From: an uncultured Gammaproteobacteria bacterium
GTDB lineage: Bacteria > Pseudomonadota > Gammaproteobacteria > JACCXJ01
Assembly (NCBI GenBank): GCA_963764725.1
Contig: CAVXTM010000018.1
Coordinates: 512,001 to 576,000, forward strand
DNA length: 64,000 bases
Direction: 5' to 3'
Positions 52,635 to 64,000 of this stretch are shown piece by piece. The notes beneath the pieces are model-generated. The model did not search any database and was not told the DNA's origin. It saw only the letters and a program-made list of their open reading frames with translations. A program made the position numbers and the translations under genes. The stretch's first letter is position 1, and each line of letters begins with the position of its first letter.

Positions 52635-52833
52635 TGGTGAGCTGGCCGAGTGGTTCTCGATCGCGGGGCTGTTCGGCGAGGCCCTGGCCAAACACGCGAA
52701 GGGTGAGATGATCGCCGTGTCCGGCAAGCTCACCAAGTCGGTTTGGACGGACAAGAACGGCGTGGAGGGCTTCGGATTCTCGGTTGCGAGGCAGTCTCGA
52801 ACGCTCTGGCAACGGTACCGGCCGCTCAAGTAG
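52635..52833 (+). pseudogene. Single-stranded DNA-binding protein-like remnant
   Basis: EWFSIAGLFGEALAKHAKGEMIAVSGKLTKSVWTDKNG. Confidence 0.5.
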
Positions 52834-52922
52834 CCGGCTTCCAGGCCGGAGCCCGCCTCGGCGACGGACGGCGACCGAAGCATGCGCCACTGGTTGGACG
52901 AAAGCGCGTTTGAGTACCGCGT

Positions 52923-54367
52923 CTACCGAGCCGAGGGGGCAGCAGAAGGTTCGCGAACAATCGTTAGCCGCGCGTCTTTGAGAAGCCGCTGAAACTCCGG
53001 CGACGAAAGAATGATCGCTCCCGCCGCGGCGCGCAGGCGATCGACGGCCTCGTTTGGGAGGGCAAAGGACGTGGGCAGCTGATTCAGATACTCGCGTTCG
53101 GCCCTGTCCTTGAGCTCCGGGAACGACACATCGATCAGGTGGATGTCGATGTCCGGCACATTGAGCGCCTCTGCCCCCCCGGATCCTCGCTGCGTGCAAG
53201 TGCACCTGACTGGCGGAGCCGGCGCATCGCCCGCCAACGCGCTGCGGTGTCCTTCAGCAGCTCGACGGCCTCGTAGGAATAGTGATCGATCGGCACACCG
53301 GCGGCCTTGACAAGAATGCTCAAGCTTCCGGGCGGCTGCTCCGACTCGTCCCAGGTGGTCTTGGGCGAGGACAACGAGTTCACGACGAAGACGATGACCC
53401 TGCGCACTTGGTCGAACGGCGTGGGTTGGTGCGCCGAGCGCAACGCTTCGATGATCTCGATCGGTTCGAGCACGCTGCGCATGCCCAGGTTGTCCGACAC
53501 ACCGCCATCGACGAGATGGATGTAGGGTCGATGGGCTCCGTCCTCGTAGGACAACACTGACTGCAGGCTGCGCAGCGCGCGGGCCGCGGGCCGCGTCCGC
53601 TTCGCCGGGTCGGTGAACGGCTGAAGCCACGGCTCGAGGGCAAAGTTGCAGGTGCCGCCATAGTTGTTGATCGTGACGGGCGAGAGGACGACGGGTACCG
53701 CCGAAGATGCCGCGGCGGCGCGGGATAGCCGCATAGCACTCAGATCCGAGCACAGGATGTCGAAGGTGCCCTGTTCGAACCGCAGGCGCGCGCCGGTCGA
53801 GATGTCGGTCGCGGTCGTGATGATGAACGGGCCGCCGCCTCGCTCCAGATCGGCAAACGTCGCGCCATTGAACAGGATCTCGTCGTACAACTCGGCCGCC
53901 AGCTCGGAACGGCCCCAGCCGGTCGACCACAGGTTCCCCCAGTAAGTCGGATTCAGAAAGCGCGCAATGAGTTCGCCCTGCACATCGCGCTTCAGGAAGC
54001 GCTGCTCATACACATCGAAGAGTCTGTCGCCGTACAGGCCGTAAGCCAGTGCGGTGAAACTGCCGCCCGAGACGCCCGTGACGATGCTGACCGCGTCGAG
54101 CAGTCGAGCCTTGCGGCCGTCTGGTGCCGCAACCTGGGTGCGCTCGAGAAACTCGAGGACCCCATACGAAAATGCGGCCGCCCGTGTGCCCCCGCCCGAA
54201 AAAGCAAGGATGACGAGGTTCTCCGAGTCTTTGGCGCGCTGCTGGCGGAAGAACCGATACCCGGTGCTCGGTTCAACCTGCGTGATCGGCGGGTTGACGG
54301 GGCGGCTGGCGCAAGCGCCCAGCAGAAGCGCGAGAGCTAGTAGCGGGATGAATGCGAATCGCGGCAC
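52923..54367 (-). pseudogene. Patatin-like phospholipase lipoprotein (frameshift near 53180)
   Basis: LGAC lipobox, FSGGGTRAAAF, GVSGGS, LVDGGVSDNLG; C-terminal frame LNQLPTSFAL. Confidence 0.85.
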
Positions 54368-54466
54368 GCAAATGCGTCCCTGGTTCAGTGCACTGTATCG
54401 CCATCGAACATGGAAATGTATCCACCAACGTCCCGTCCGAGAATGACACCAGTTCGCAGCCGAGCT

Positions 54467-54993
54467 TTAGCAGTTCAGGAAGTTGACCAGCTTCGGAATG
54501 ACCTTTCCAGGAGCCTCTTCCATCAACCAATGCCCGGCTCCCGTCACCACGACGCCTTCGGCGTTGGTGTTCACGAGCTTGCCCTGGTCGATCAGGACTT
54601 TCCGCCTGCCTTCTCTCAGGAGAGCACGAGCATCGGCATCGTAAGCGGCGTTTTCGCGAACTGCGCGAAGTCCTTCGCATCCTATTCGAACGCCCGGAAA
54701 GTTTCCATCCCCGCCTTGATGTGGCCGGGTTTCGCGTATTCGTTCGCGATAACTTGCGATCGGCTTCCGGGATGGACTTCGACGCGTCCGCCGCGAAGTC
54801 GTTCCAGAAATGATCGAGGTAGATGCGCTCGCGGCCGGTCACCAGAGCGAGCGGCGTCTTGCCGTAGAAATGGACATGCCAGAGGTCGCGCAGCCGCCAG
54901 ACCATCGTCCAGTCGCCCACGCCGGGAAGGAACGCGTCCATCAGAGCGATGCGCTTCACTTCGGCCGGGTATTCTCGCACTCCCGTGCAACAC
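54467..54993 (-). pseudogene. Alpha/beta hydrolase (epoxide hydrolase-like) C-terminal fragment
   Basis: RIALMDAFLPGVGDW, LWHVHFYG, GRERIYLDHFW, GHWLMEEAP. Confidence 0.75.
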
Positions 54994-55185
54994 TAAAACG
55001 CCCCGAAACGCGGCGCCTCGGGCCAGTCAATAACTCGACAATTTCCCGGTTCTGGGCGAAGAACTCGCGTCATTGACAGCTGATAGGTTCAGCAGTAGCT
55101 TTCCTTACCAGAAAAGAGCGCGTTTCAAATTCCTACTCAGGAGTGAAAGGTCAGGAGTAAGGGGTAAAGAGAAAAGAGGTGAACC

Positions 55186-56097
55186 GTGAACAACAAAGAA
55201 ATGAAAAACCTGATCAATAGGGCGCGCAAATTGGCGAAGCCTTTCCGCGTAACTGACGACAGTTTTCGCCTGAAGGACATCGATCCCGGCGATACCCTGC
55301 AATTTACCTCCGAGGACAAACCTCGCGCTAAGGAAGCGCTTGCGATGGGCGTCAACCTGCTCTCCGAGCTGCAAGACATGCTGTATGCGCAGGACCGTTG
55401 GGCGGTACTGTTGATGTTTCAAGCAATGGATGCCGCGGGAAAGGACGGCGCGATCAAGCACGTCATGTCCGGTGTCAACCCACAGGGCTGCCAGGTGTAT
55501 TCTTTTAAGGCTCCGTCCCCCGAGGATCTCGACCACGATTTTCTCTGGCGTTGCATCAAGTGTATGCCCGAGCGCGGCCGCATCGGCATCTTCAATCGCA
55601 GCTATTACGAGGAGACCCTGGTCGTGCGGGTGCATCGGGAGTTTTTGGAGAAGCAAAAACTGCCGCCCGAGCTGGTCACGAAAGACATCTGGAAGGAACG
55701 TTTCCAGGACATCTGCAGCTTCGAGCGCTACCTGACACGCAACGGCGTTGTCATTCGCAAGTTCTTTCTGCACGTGTCCAACAAAGAGCAAAAGAAGCGA
55801 TTCCTCGAGCGCATTCAGGAGCCCGAGAAAAACTGGAAGTTCTCAGCCAATGACGCCAAGGAGCGCGGGCATTGGGATGATTACATGGAAGCTTACGAAG
55901 ACATGATCCGGAACACAGCGACCAAGAATGCGCCATGGTACGTGGTGCCGGCCGACAATAAGTGGTTTACGCGCGTAGTTGTCGCTGCAGCGGTTATCGA
56001 AGCGCTGTCTTCGCTGGACTTACATTATCCAAAAGTAAGCGACGAAAAGCTAAAGGAGCTGGCGGCGGCAAAGCGAGCGTTACAGGCCGGCAAGTGA
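55186..56097 (+). CDS. ppk2: Polyphosphate kinase 2 family protein (class III-like)
   Basis: FQAMDAAGKDG, HDFLWR, FNRSYYEE, PWYVVPADNKW; GAGG RBS. Confidence 0.93.
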   Translation: MNNKEMKNLINRARKLAKPFRVTDDSFRLKDIDPGDTLQFTSEDKPRAKEALAMGVNLLSELQDMLYAQDRWAVLLMFQAMDAAGKDGAIKHVMSGVNPQGCQVYSFKAPSPEDLDHDFLWRCIKCMPERGRIGIFNRSYYEETLVVRVHREFLEKQKLPPELVTKDIWKERFQDICSFERYLTRNGVVIRKFFLHVSNKEQKKRFLERIQEPEKNWKFSANDAKERGHWDDYMEAYEDMIRNTATKNAPWYVVPADNKWFTRVVVAAAVIEALSSLDLHYPKVSDEKLKELAAAKRALQAGK

Positions 56098-56127
56098 GCA
56101 TCGTCGCGAGATTCTAGCCAAACATAT

Positions 56128-56375
56128 TTGAACCGAGGAAAAGTGATAGCTAACCGCCAGCGCCACAGCTCCTTCCCGATACTGGATTGGTTAATCGGTT
56201 ACCAGAAGGAGTGGTTGCGGTGGGACCTGATCGCTGGCTCGATAACGGCTGCGGTCGTGATTCCAAAGGCGATGGCCTACGCCACAATCGCCGGGCTGCC
56301 GGTACAGGTGGGGCTCTACACCGCGCTGGTGCCGATGGTGATCTACGCAGTGGTCGGGACGTCTCGGCCGCTCAG
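56128..56375 (+). pseudogene. SulP-family anion transporter N-terminal fragment
   Basis: DLIAGSITAAVVIPKAMAYATIAGLPVQVGLY...GTSRPLS, then an abrupt junction. Confidence 0.8.
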
Positions 56376-56412
56376 CGGCCGCGGACGATTCGCCGAGCCC
56401 AACCTCGAGAAC

Positions 56413-59144
56413 TCAAACCGACAGAAGTTGGCGCAGGACCATCTGCAGGATGCCACCGTTGCAGGAAGTACTCGACCTCGGCGGGAGCATCGATCCTCAC
56501 CGTCGTTTCGAAGTGTCACTCGAGAGCCGTCCTGCCGGAGTCACCGAAACGCTGGCGTTCTGCCGCGGTGTGATGCCCGTCACCGATTCCAGTGATGGAA
56601 AATGTCTCGAAGCCGGTCAGGCCCAAAGACTGCGCCGATTCTCCTTCTTCGAATTGCAAGGGCAGGACGCCCATGCAGACGAGATTGCTGCGGTGGATGC
56701 GCTCGTAGGTCTGGGCGATGACTGCTTTGATGCCCAGCAACGCTGAGCCCTTTGCTGCCCAATCGCGCGAGCTTCCTGAGCCGTATTCTTTGCCGGCGAT
56801 CACGACCAGGGGCGTGCCTTCCTGCTGGTACCGCAGAGCGGCGTCGTAGATGCTCATCCTGTCGCCGCTGGGAACGTGGATGGTCCAGGGGCCCTCGACT
56901 CCGGGCACCATCAGATTGCGCAGGCGAATGTTGCCGAAGGTCCCGCGCATCATGACTTCGTGATTGCCCCGCCGGGACCCAAAACTGTTGAACTCCGCCG
57001 GCGGCACGGAATGCTCCACGAGATACTTTCCTGCAGGTGAATTGACGGTGATGGCCCCGGCGGGCGAGATGTGATCGGTAGTGATCGAGTCGCCAAAGCA
57101 GTGCAAGTACTCTTGCACTCGTGACGTCGGCGGGCGGTGCCGGAACGCCTGCAAATTCGATGAAATAGGGCGGCTCGCGAACGTAGGTCGAATCGCCGTC
57201 CCAGTCGAACAAAGTGCCGGTGGGCGCCGGCATGCTCTTCCACTTCTCATCGCCTTCGAATATGCGGCCGTATTCGAGGTCGAACTGATCCGATGACACC
57301 GAGGAGGCGACCAGGGATTCAACTTCCTCGGCAGTGGGCCAGATGTCCCTCAGGTAGACGGGCTTGCCGTCTCGATCGGTCCCCAAGCGGATCCACGGTC
57401 AAGTCGCACATGACCGTTCCGGCCAGCGCGTACGCGACACACAACGGCGGCGACGCCAGGTAACTCGCCTTCACCTGGCCGTGAATGCGTCCCTCGAAAT
57501 TTCGATTGCCCGACAGAACTGCAACCACCGCCAGGTCTTTGCTCGTCGACGACTTCGGCGATCTCTTCGGGCAACGGGCCGGAGTTACCGATGCAAGTCG
57601 TGCATCCGTAACCCACCAGGTTGAAACCCAACTTCTCCAGGTACGGCGTGAGGCCCGCCTTGTCGAGGTACTGGGTAACGACGCGCGAACCCGGCGCCAG
57701 AGAGGTCTTCACCCAGGGCCGGCACTGCAGGCCTGCCTCCACCGCCTTTCGGGCCAACAGACCGGCCGCGATCATGACTGACGGGTTAGACGTATTGGTG
57801 CAGCTCGTGATTGCAGCGATGACGACGGATCCATCGGTCACGGATGCTGCTGCGCGCGGCTGTCCCGATGGGCTCCGGCGGAGCTTCGAGAACCTCGCCC
57901 GCAGGAGAGCCTCCTTCGCCCACGAGCCGGGCAATGTCCTTGCCGTCCACTGGAGCTTCGACCCCGTCGAATGCTGCCTTGAAGGACTTCCGAACTCCCG
58001 GCAAGGGGACGCGATCCTGAGGCCGCTTTGGTCCGGCGACGCTCGGCTCGACCTTTCCCAGGTCCAGATCGAGCACCTCGTTGAAGAGCGGCTCGGGGTC
58101 TTCGTCAGTTCTGAACAGACCCTGCTCTCGCGTGTACCGCTCGACCAGACTCGACGAGCGCGCCGCCGGCCCGTCAGATTCAGATATCTCAGAGTGTTCG
58201 AGTCGACCGGGAAGAGTGTTGATGTGGCGCCGAACTCCGGCGACATGTTCGACAGCGTGGCGCGGTCGGCGATGCTGAGAGCGCTCAAGCCTGGTCCGAA
58301 GAATTCGACGAACTTGCCGACGACGCCGTGTGCTCTCAGCATTTGGGTCAGGGTCAGGACGAGATCGGTGGCCGTCGTACCGGTCGGGAGCGTTCCTCGG
58401 GTCCTGACTCCAAGTACGATCGGCTTCGGGCAGAAACATCGGCTGGCCGAGCATGGCGGCTTCGGCCTCGATGCCGCCGACTCCCCACCCCAGCACGCCG
58501 AGGCCGTTGATCATCGGGGTGTGCGAGTCGGTCCCGACCAAAGTGTCGGGAAAGACCCATCCGCCGCGCGATGAAACGACTCGTCCCAAATGCTCGAGGT
58601 TGACCTGATGGCAGATCCCCATCCCGGGAGGCACAACTCGGAAGCCCTCGAATGCTTGCTGCGCCCAGTTGAGCAAAGCGTAGCGTTCGCGGTTGCGACG
58701 GTACTCCCACTGCAGGTTGGCGGCATAAGCGTCGGTGCTGCCAAAACGATCGACCTGGACAGAGTGATCGATGACCAGGTCGACAGGAATGAAGGGATTG
58801 ACCCGCTTGGGATCTCCGCCTGATCGGACGACCGCGCTTCTCAAGGCTGCGAGGTCCACGACTGCTGGAACCCCGGTGAAGTCCTGCATCAGCACTCGTG
58901 CGGGCATGAATGCGATGGACGCACCGGCGCCGTTCGGCCACCGGGCAAGCGCCACGACATCCGCTTCGGACACGTCCCGGCCCCCGGCCCTTCGAGCGAT
59001 GTTCTCGAGGAGGATCTTGACGGTGTGCGGAAGCCGTGCCACATCCGCGCCGGTCTTCGCGGCCAACTTCGCGAGGCTCACGTAGGAGGCCGTTCCCGAA
59101 TCGGTTATAAGCCTTGCCGTGACGCCTAGTGGATCGTTTGGCAT
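56413..59144 (-). pseudogene. acnA: Aconitate hydratase AcnA (several frameshifts)
   Basis: [78 protein letters not shown]. Confidence 0.92.
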
Positions 59145-59199
59145 GATGCGCCGCCTCGTACCGGGAAATTTCGTGTCGATTTCGAAAGATAATTGTACG

Positions 59200-59345
59200 A
59201 TGCCCGAGCCAAAATATCCTACGCTCGAAGCGTTGTTGGCGGCCGTGCGCCGTGCGTGCGAAGCGCATCTGCCATTTGGTCGGCGCCCGGTGCTGCGCGC
59301 CGCTGTAACGGCCCGGATCCTTATCGTAGGCCGGGCGCCCGGCGT
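59200..59345 (+). pseudogene. Uracil-DNA glycosylase family N-terminal remnant
   Basis: LEALLAAVRRACEAHLPFGRRPVL...ARILIVGRAPG. Confidence 0.55.
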
Positions 59346-59409
59346 GTGTGCAGCTTTATGGGTGCCTTATCCGTGCCCTTCATGGAAGCGCCCTTTCTCG
59401 AGCTCATCG

Positions 59410-60267
59410 CTAGGTGTCGGGCCCGCCCAGGATAAGGATCGGGCAGGGCGCGCGCTCGAGTGCGGCGCGCAGGATCAGTGCTCGTCCAGCCTGGAGACGG
59501 CTGCGGCGTACCAGCACGATCGCGTCGCACGCATGCTCGACGCTAAAACGCGCTATCTCCGTGGCTATGTCGCCCTGGGCGAGATACATCTGCACCGGGA
59601 CTTCGGGCGGGCACTGGGCGCAAGCATGCGCTAAACGCCCCTTCACCTCACCAGCCCAGTCGGGCCATTCGTGCTGCTTCTGATCGACGTACCGGGGCGC
59701 GCCGATACTACCGCGCTCTACCGGTCTGGAGCGGCCCTCCCCGGCTACATAAAGGAGGTCGATCGACGCGCCAAGCCGGCTGGCGAGCTCGGTGGCTGGT
59801 TGCAGAGCGACGGCGGTCTTCGGCGTCCCGTCCAGAGGCAGAAGGAGTCGCCTCAGCTGGCGTCCCGGATGCAAAGTCCCGGGCCGCACCAGGATAACCG
59901 GCTTCTCCGAATCGGCGATTACCGCTTGCGCCACGCTTCCGAGGCGGCGTCGGATCGAGGTGGAGCCTCCGTGCGTCGTCATGACTACGAAACCAACATC
60001 TTGGTCCGTTGCGGCCGAGAGTATCGTCTCTGCAGGCCTGCCGGTTTCAATCCGAAGACGAGACTCGCTGAGGCCGTCCAAGCCTACCTCACGGACTGCC
60101 TTGGCTATGTCATTCTGGTCTGCTCCCTCTCCAAGGACGTGAAGAATCTCGACCTCCGCTCCGAGCTGAAGCGCGAGGGCGCTGGCCGTGGAAAAGCTCT
60201 CTGAAGAAGCGCGGGAGCCATCCCAGGCGACGATGATCGCCGTTCGGGTCGCTGCGCTCGATGTCAC
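59410..60267 (-). CDS. Tandem universal stress protein
   Basis: IIVAWDGS, VVMTTHG..LGSVAQAVI, LLLPLDGT; GTGA overlap with the GH65 stop. Confidence 0.88.
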   Translation of the reverse strand: MTSSAATRTAIIVAWDGSRASSESFSTASALALQLGAEVEILHVLGEGADQNDIAKAVREVGLDGLSESRLRIETGRPAETILSAATDQDVGFVVMTTHGGSTSIRRRLGSVAQAVIADSEKPVILVRPGTLHPGRQLRRLLLPLDGTPKTAVALQPATELASRLGASIDLLYVAGEGRSRPVERGSIGAPRYVDQKQHEWPDWAGEVKGRLAHACAQCPPEVPVQMYLAQGDIATEIARFSVEHACDAIVLVRRSRLQAGRALILRAALERAPCPILILGGPDT

Positions 60268-62573
60268 GTGAGGGCCTCCTGCCACTCTCCCTGAAGATTC
60301 CTGGCGCACCGCCAAGTCTCGTCTCGGCGAAGGCGGTGCTCCAGGCTGCCGGCGTAGATCGACATCGGGGCGCCGCCCTCCAAACGCACGACAACCTCAT
60401 GGGGTTCGCCGATTATCTCGACCTTGACCCTACGGCGCCGCCAACGGATGGAGAAGCTGAGCCGGCGCCAGCCTTCGGGCAGATGTGGCTCGAACCGCAG
60501 GCCAGAATGCTCGAGTTGCAGCCCGGCGAAGCCGAACGTCGCCGTCTGCCAGAGTCCGCCCATCGCCCCGATATGGACTCCGCCCGCTGCGTTTCCCATG
60601 GTGTCGTCCAGATCGATGGCAGCAGTCTCATCGAAGAACTTTTTCGCCAGAGAGACGTCTCCTAGACGGGCAGCGACCACTGCGTGCGCCGCTGGACTGA
60701 GAGAGCTGCCATGAGCGGTGCGCGCCTCGTAGTAGCGAAAGTTGGCTTCCCGCACAAGGTGATCGTACCGCTCGCCGAGCAGCGCGAGCAGCATGATGAC
60801 GTCAGCTTGCTTGACAACTTGCGAACGCCTGGTTCGCTCGGGGCCCAGGATGACGTCCATAGGTGCCGTTCGTTCCGCGTAAGCCTTCAGATCGATATCC
60901 TCGAGGCGGAAGAACCCGGCGAACTGCTCAAAAAGACCGGTGCCGGGGTCGAAGCCTGTGAGGAGCTTCTCCCGTATCTCTTCCCAGAGGGACGTCTCTT
61001 GCGTAGAAAGCGAAAGCTTCTCGCCCAGGGCCGCCCAGTGGGTGGGCCACCGCCGCTGAAGTAGTTTCACAACCTCCAAGCCGAGCTCGATGTTGAAGGC
61101 GGCCATGACGTTGGTGTAGGCATTGTCGTCGACGCCTTCGTGGTACTCATCAGGACCGATAACTCCACGTATGTGGTAGCGACCATCGCTTTCCAGCTCC
61201 ACCCGACTGGCCCAGAAGCGAGTCGTTTCCAGAAGAATCTCGGCGCCGGCCTTAAGCATGAAACGGTTGTCGCCGGTCGCCCGCCAGTATTGCCATACAG
61301 CGTAGGCGATATCGGCGCTAATGTGGTGTTCTTGGACTCCCGAAAGGATAGGGATCACTTGCTGTTGAGGCCCGAGGGCGAACGGTGGCGTAGTCTCCTC
61401 TCCGCTATCCGCGGATTCCCAGGCGTAAAGAGCACCTCTATATCCGAGGCGCTTTGCTTTCGCGAGGGCAGCCGGCAGCGTGTGAAAGCGATACATAAGC
61501 ATGGCGCGGGCAGCCTCTGGCCAGGTGAACGTGTAGAAGGGCAGAAGGAAAATCTCGGTGTCCCAGAAGACGTGACCCTTGTAGGCATCACCTGTTAGCG
61601 CCCTCGCCCCGATGGAGACGTGCGCATCCTCCGGGTTGGCGCCGCTGATCAGGTGGTAGATAGCAAAGCGGAGGCGGTTCTGGTCGGCGTCATTGCCTTC
61701 AATAGAGATATCGCTGCTGGGCCAGCGGCGTTTCCATGCCGCGACATGGTTTGTATACAACCGCCGATAGGCAGACGGAGCACCCGACACCATCTTTTGA
61801 GCGCGGCCCCGGGCTTCCTCCTCTGCCTCTCCGCGGGCAAAGCCGATCATCCGGCAGAGCTGCACCGTATCGCGCGGGGTCGCGTCCCATGCCCACAGAA
61901 CACTCCCTGGTTGTTCGACCGCCGTAGCCAAGCGCCGCCCGTTCAGCCTCAGCGAAGACTGGGACGCGATCGCCAGCAAGACGGGTCGTTGCCGGACGCG
62001 GAAGACGCTGATGCTGGGCGAGTGCCGGACGATCTCCAGCGCAGGGGAACCTGGTCCCAGTCCAACTTCCAGCTGCAGCGTCGACGGCTGGTCCACCTCG
62101 ATTGAGACTATCTGAGCGGCGACGCCACGGGTCGAGAGCGCGGCGAAGCGCATCGCTTCGAGACGCACAGAAACGCCTGACCCGGCCTTCTGCCTCAAGC
62201 TGCTATGGAGAACCCCTCGTTGAAAATCAAGGCTGCGGTTGTGCTCGAGTATCTCGCCCTTCTCCAGAGAGATCTCTTCGCCGTCGACGAGTAGACATAG
62301 GCGAAGCCACTCCGGCGCAGACACCAATGAGGGGACAGGTGGACTCGTTTCGGGGAAGTCGAATAGGCCGGCTACATAGGTTCGGGGACGGGACGCCGGC
62401 GTTGGCTGCTCGAGCGACCCCCGCACGCCGAGGAAGCCGTTGCCGACTGCGAAGCGCGACTCAACCTCGTGCTCCAGCGCCGGCTCATAACCGTTCTCCA
62501 CGAGCATCCACGCAGGATCGGACCGCGCAGATAAGGCGTTCTGCCAGAAATCAACGAGGGCAATGCTAGACAT
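60264..62573 (-). CDS. Glycoside hydrolase family 65 (trehalose/maltose/kojibiose phosphorylase-like)
   Basis: GNGFLGVRG, YKGHVFWDTE, GPDEYHE, KQADV, HGSSLS, GVHIGAMGG. Confidence 0.93.
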   Translation of the reverse strand: MSSIALVDFWQNALSARSDPAWMLVENGYEPALEHEVESRFAVGNGFLGVRGSLEQPTPASRPRTYVAGLFDFPETSPPVPSLVSAPEWLRLCLLVDGEEISLEKGEILEHNRSLDFQRGVLHSSLRQKAGSGVSVRLEAMRFAALSTRGVAAQIVSIEVDQPSTLQLEVGLGPGSPALEIVRHSPSISVFRVRQRPVLLAIASQSSLRLNGRRLATAVEQPGSVLWAWDATPRDTVQLCRMIGFARGEAEEEARGRAQKMVSGAPSAYRRLYTNHVAAWKRRWPSSDISIEGNDADQNRLRFAIYHLISGANPEDAHVSIGARALTGDAYKGHVFWDTEIFLLPFYTFTWPEAARAMLMYRFHTLPAALAKAKRLGYRGALYAWESADSGEETTPPFALGPQQQVIPILSGVQEHHISADIAYAVWQYWRATGDNRFMLKAGAEILLETTRFWASRVELESDGRYHIRGVIGPDEYHEGVDDNAYTNVMAAFNIELGLEVVKLLQRRWPTHWAALGEKLSLSTQETSLWEEIREKLLTGFDPGTGLFEQFAGFFRLEDIDLKAYAERTAPMDVILGPERTRRSQVVKQADVIMLLALLGERYDHLVREANFRYYEARTAHGSSLSPAAHAVVAARLGDVSLAKKFFDETAAIDLDDTMGNAAGGVHIGAMGGLWQTATFGFAGLQLEHSGLRFEPHLPEGWRRLSFSIRWRRRRVKVEIIGEPHEVVVRLEGGAPMSIYAGSLEHRLRRDETWRCARNLQGEWQEALT

Positions 62574-62836
62574 GGCATCTCCGCCGAAAATTGCAGTTCC
62601 TTTCGCGGCTCCGCGACCGGAACGCTGGGAGCCGTCTGTCGACTGCGAGCGCGTCTCAACCTGGGAGCTCAGCGATGCCGTCGGCAGGAGGTCATATTCG
62701 TGAAGTCGCAACGATTTCGGAGTGCGGGCCACGAGCTCAGCGCTGGTCTGTGAGTCGCCGCTGGCGAAGAGGATCACCAGGTGACGTCTCTTACCTAGTG
62801 TAGCTCTTCGCAATCAATGGAGCTTATCATAGGCGG

Positions 62837-63028
62837 GTGGGTGATTCTCTCATGCTCGCCCTTGGCCTTGCGGTGAGTTTAACGCGCCTCGTCGTGCTCA
62901 GAGGAGAAGAAGGCCATGGATCGCTGGGCGCCAGCACGCTCTTTGCGGTCGGGACCGCGTTTCGAGGGCTACACGAGGCTATCGCATGGTGTATGCTCGG
63001 AGTGACGGCGGCGTTGTCGATCGCGTAA
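62837..63028 (+). CDS. Small hydrophobic protein (uncertain)
   Basis: 63-aa hydrophobic ORF immediately before the ATPase. Confidence 0.3.
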   Translation: MGDSLMLALGLAVSLTRLVVLRGEEGHGSLGASTLFAVGTAFRGLHEAIAWCMLGVTAALSIA

Positions 63029-63031
63029 CCG

Positions 63032-64000
63032 ATGCGCAGACGCCTTCCCGTCGCTAGGCTCGGCGAGCTTCTCGCTTCCGAGCGCGGGCTGACGACGGCA
63101 GAGGCGGAAGAGCGTCAACGCATATACGGCCGGAACGACGTCGTCGAGACACCGTCCGCGAGCTGGCGAGGCGTTCTACGGGACACGGCGACGGACCCCA
63201 TGCTCTGGTTCTTGGTGGGAACCGGGGCGCTCTATTCCTTTCTCGAAGAATACGCAGAGGCCCTGGTCTTGCTCGCGGCGATCGTGCCTCTGATCGGGAT
63301 GGACGCCTTTCTGCACCGCCGGACGCAGGCTTCGACCCAGGGTTTGAGGAGCCGGCTCGCCGCCCGCGCGACCGTCGTTCGCGACGATAATGCCATCACG
63401 GTTGTAGCCGCCGAGCTCGTGCCGGGAGACCTCGTCGTCGCGACGCCCGGCGAGCCGTTCCCGGCCGACGGGATCGTCGTCGCCGGCGAGGGCCTGCAGG
63501 TCGATGAATCCGCCCTGACCGGGGAATCCTACCCGGTCCGCAAGCAAGCGCTGCGGCCCCTGTCCCTGACAAGCGGTGAGCCTGCCGTCGATGCGTGCCA
63601 CTGGGGATTCGCGGGCACGCGGCTCTTGACCGGCGAAGCCCGGCTGCGAATCGCGTATACCGGCGCCGAGACGATCTATGGCGAGATCGTCCAGAGCGCG
63701 CTGAGCGGGCGGCACACCCGTACCCCCTTGCAACGGGCGATCGCCCGTCTTGTCACCGCGCTTGTGGTGGTCGCCTCCGTGGTCTGCTTGCTGCTTGCCT
63801 GGATCCGCATGCGGCAAGGCCACGGCCTCGTGGATGCGCTATTGAGCGCCGTGACGCTGGCCGTCGCCGCGTTGCCCGAGGAATTCCCGGTGGTCTTTAC
63901 CTTCTACCTAGGGGTGGGGGTGTATCGTCTGGCAAGGCGTCAGGCGCTCGTGCGCCGGGCCGCGGTGGTCGAGAACATAGGACGCGTGTCCTGCATCTGC
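63032..64000 (+). CDS. Cation-transporting P-type ATPase (partial, runs off the window)
   Basis: YGRN, LVPGDLV, PADG, VDESALTGES, ALPEEFPVV, ends at ...VSCIC just before the expected DKTGT. Confidence 0.92.
   Translation, partial: MRRRLPVARLGELLASERGLTTAEAEERQRIYGRNDVVETPSASWRGVLRDTATDPMLWFLVGTGALYSFLEEYAEALVLLAAIVPLIGMDAFLHRRTQASTQGLRSRLAARATVVRDDNAITVVAAELVPGDLVVATPGEPFPADGIVVAGEGLQVDESALTGESYPVRKQALRPLSLTSGEPAVDACHWGFAGTRLLTGEARLRIAYTGAETIYGEIVQSALSGRHTRTPLQRAIARLVTALVVVASVVCLLLAWIRMRQGHGLVDALLSAVTLAVAALPEEFPVVFTFYLGVGVYRLARRQALVRRAAVVENIGRVSCIC

Noticed and set aside
63176-63823. 215-aa minus-strand ORF
   Set aside because: Antisense to the P-type ATPase that runs off the window end.

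Overview
Bacterial DNA, probably proteobacterial and of mixed GC. It reads as a heavily decayed accessory/integration-hotspot mosaic rather than core chromosome. Mobile elements: an intact ISKra4 with an 8-bp TSD splitting a small conserved gene; two near-identical ISL3 copies with 8-bp TSDs plus one divergent fragment, all keeping an A7 frameshift site; an IS3 nested in an IS1380; a decayed IS5; at least 13 TGT...ACA termini and several ORF fragments of three subfamilies of an IS481/IS3-like 'integrase-core' element; two group II intron 5' fragments (one inside an attC site). Integration sites: a tRNA-Lys 3' remnant and three identical 47-bp tRNA-Phe 3' att cores with IHF sites, one next to a tyrosine integrase remnant and two next to different toxin-antitoxin operons. 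Cargo: DUF885, B12-radical SAM, acyl-CoA synthetase, acetoacetate-decarboxylase-like protein, GNATs, a Zn-peptidase/ATP-grasp pair, HU, Sel1, P450, a DUF3141-OMF-HlyD-RbbA-YhhJ operon, patatin, PPK2, AcnA, USP, GH65 and a P-type ATPase. Many single-base frameshifts may be sequencing or assembly errors rather than true pseudogenes. All family assignments come from motif recognition by eye; no database searches were run.
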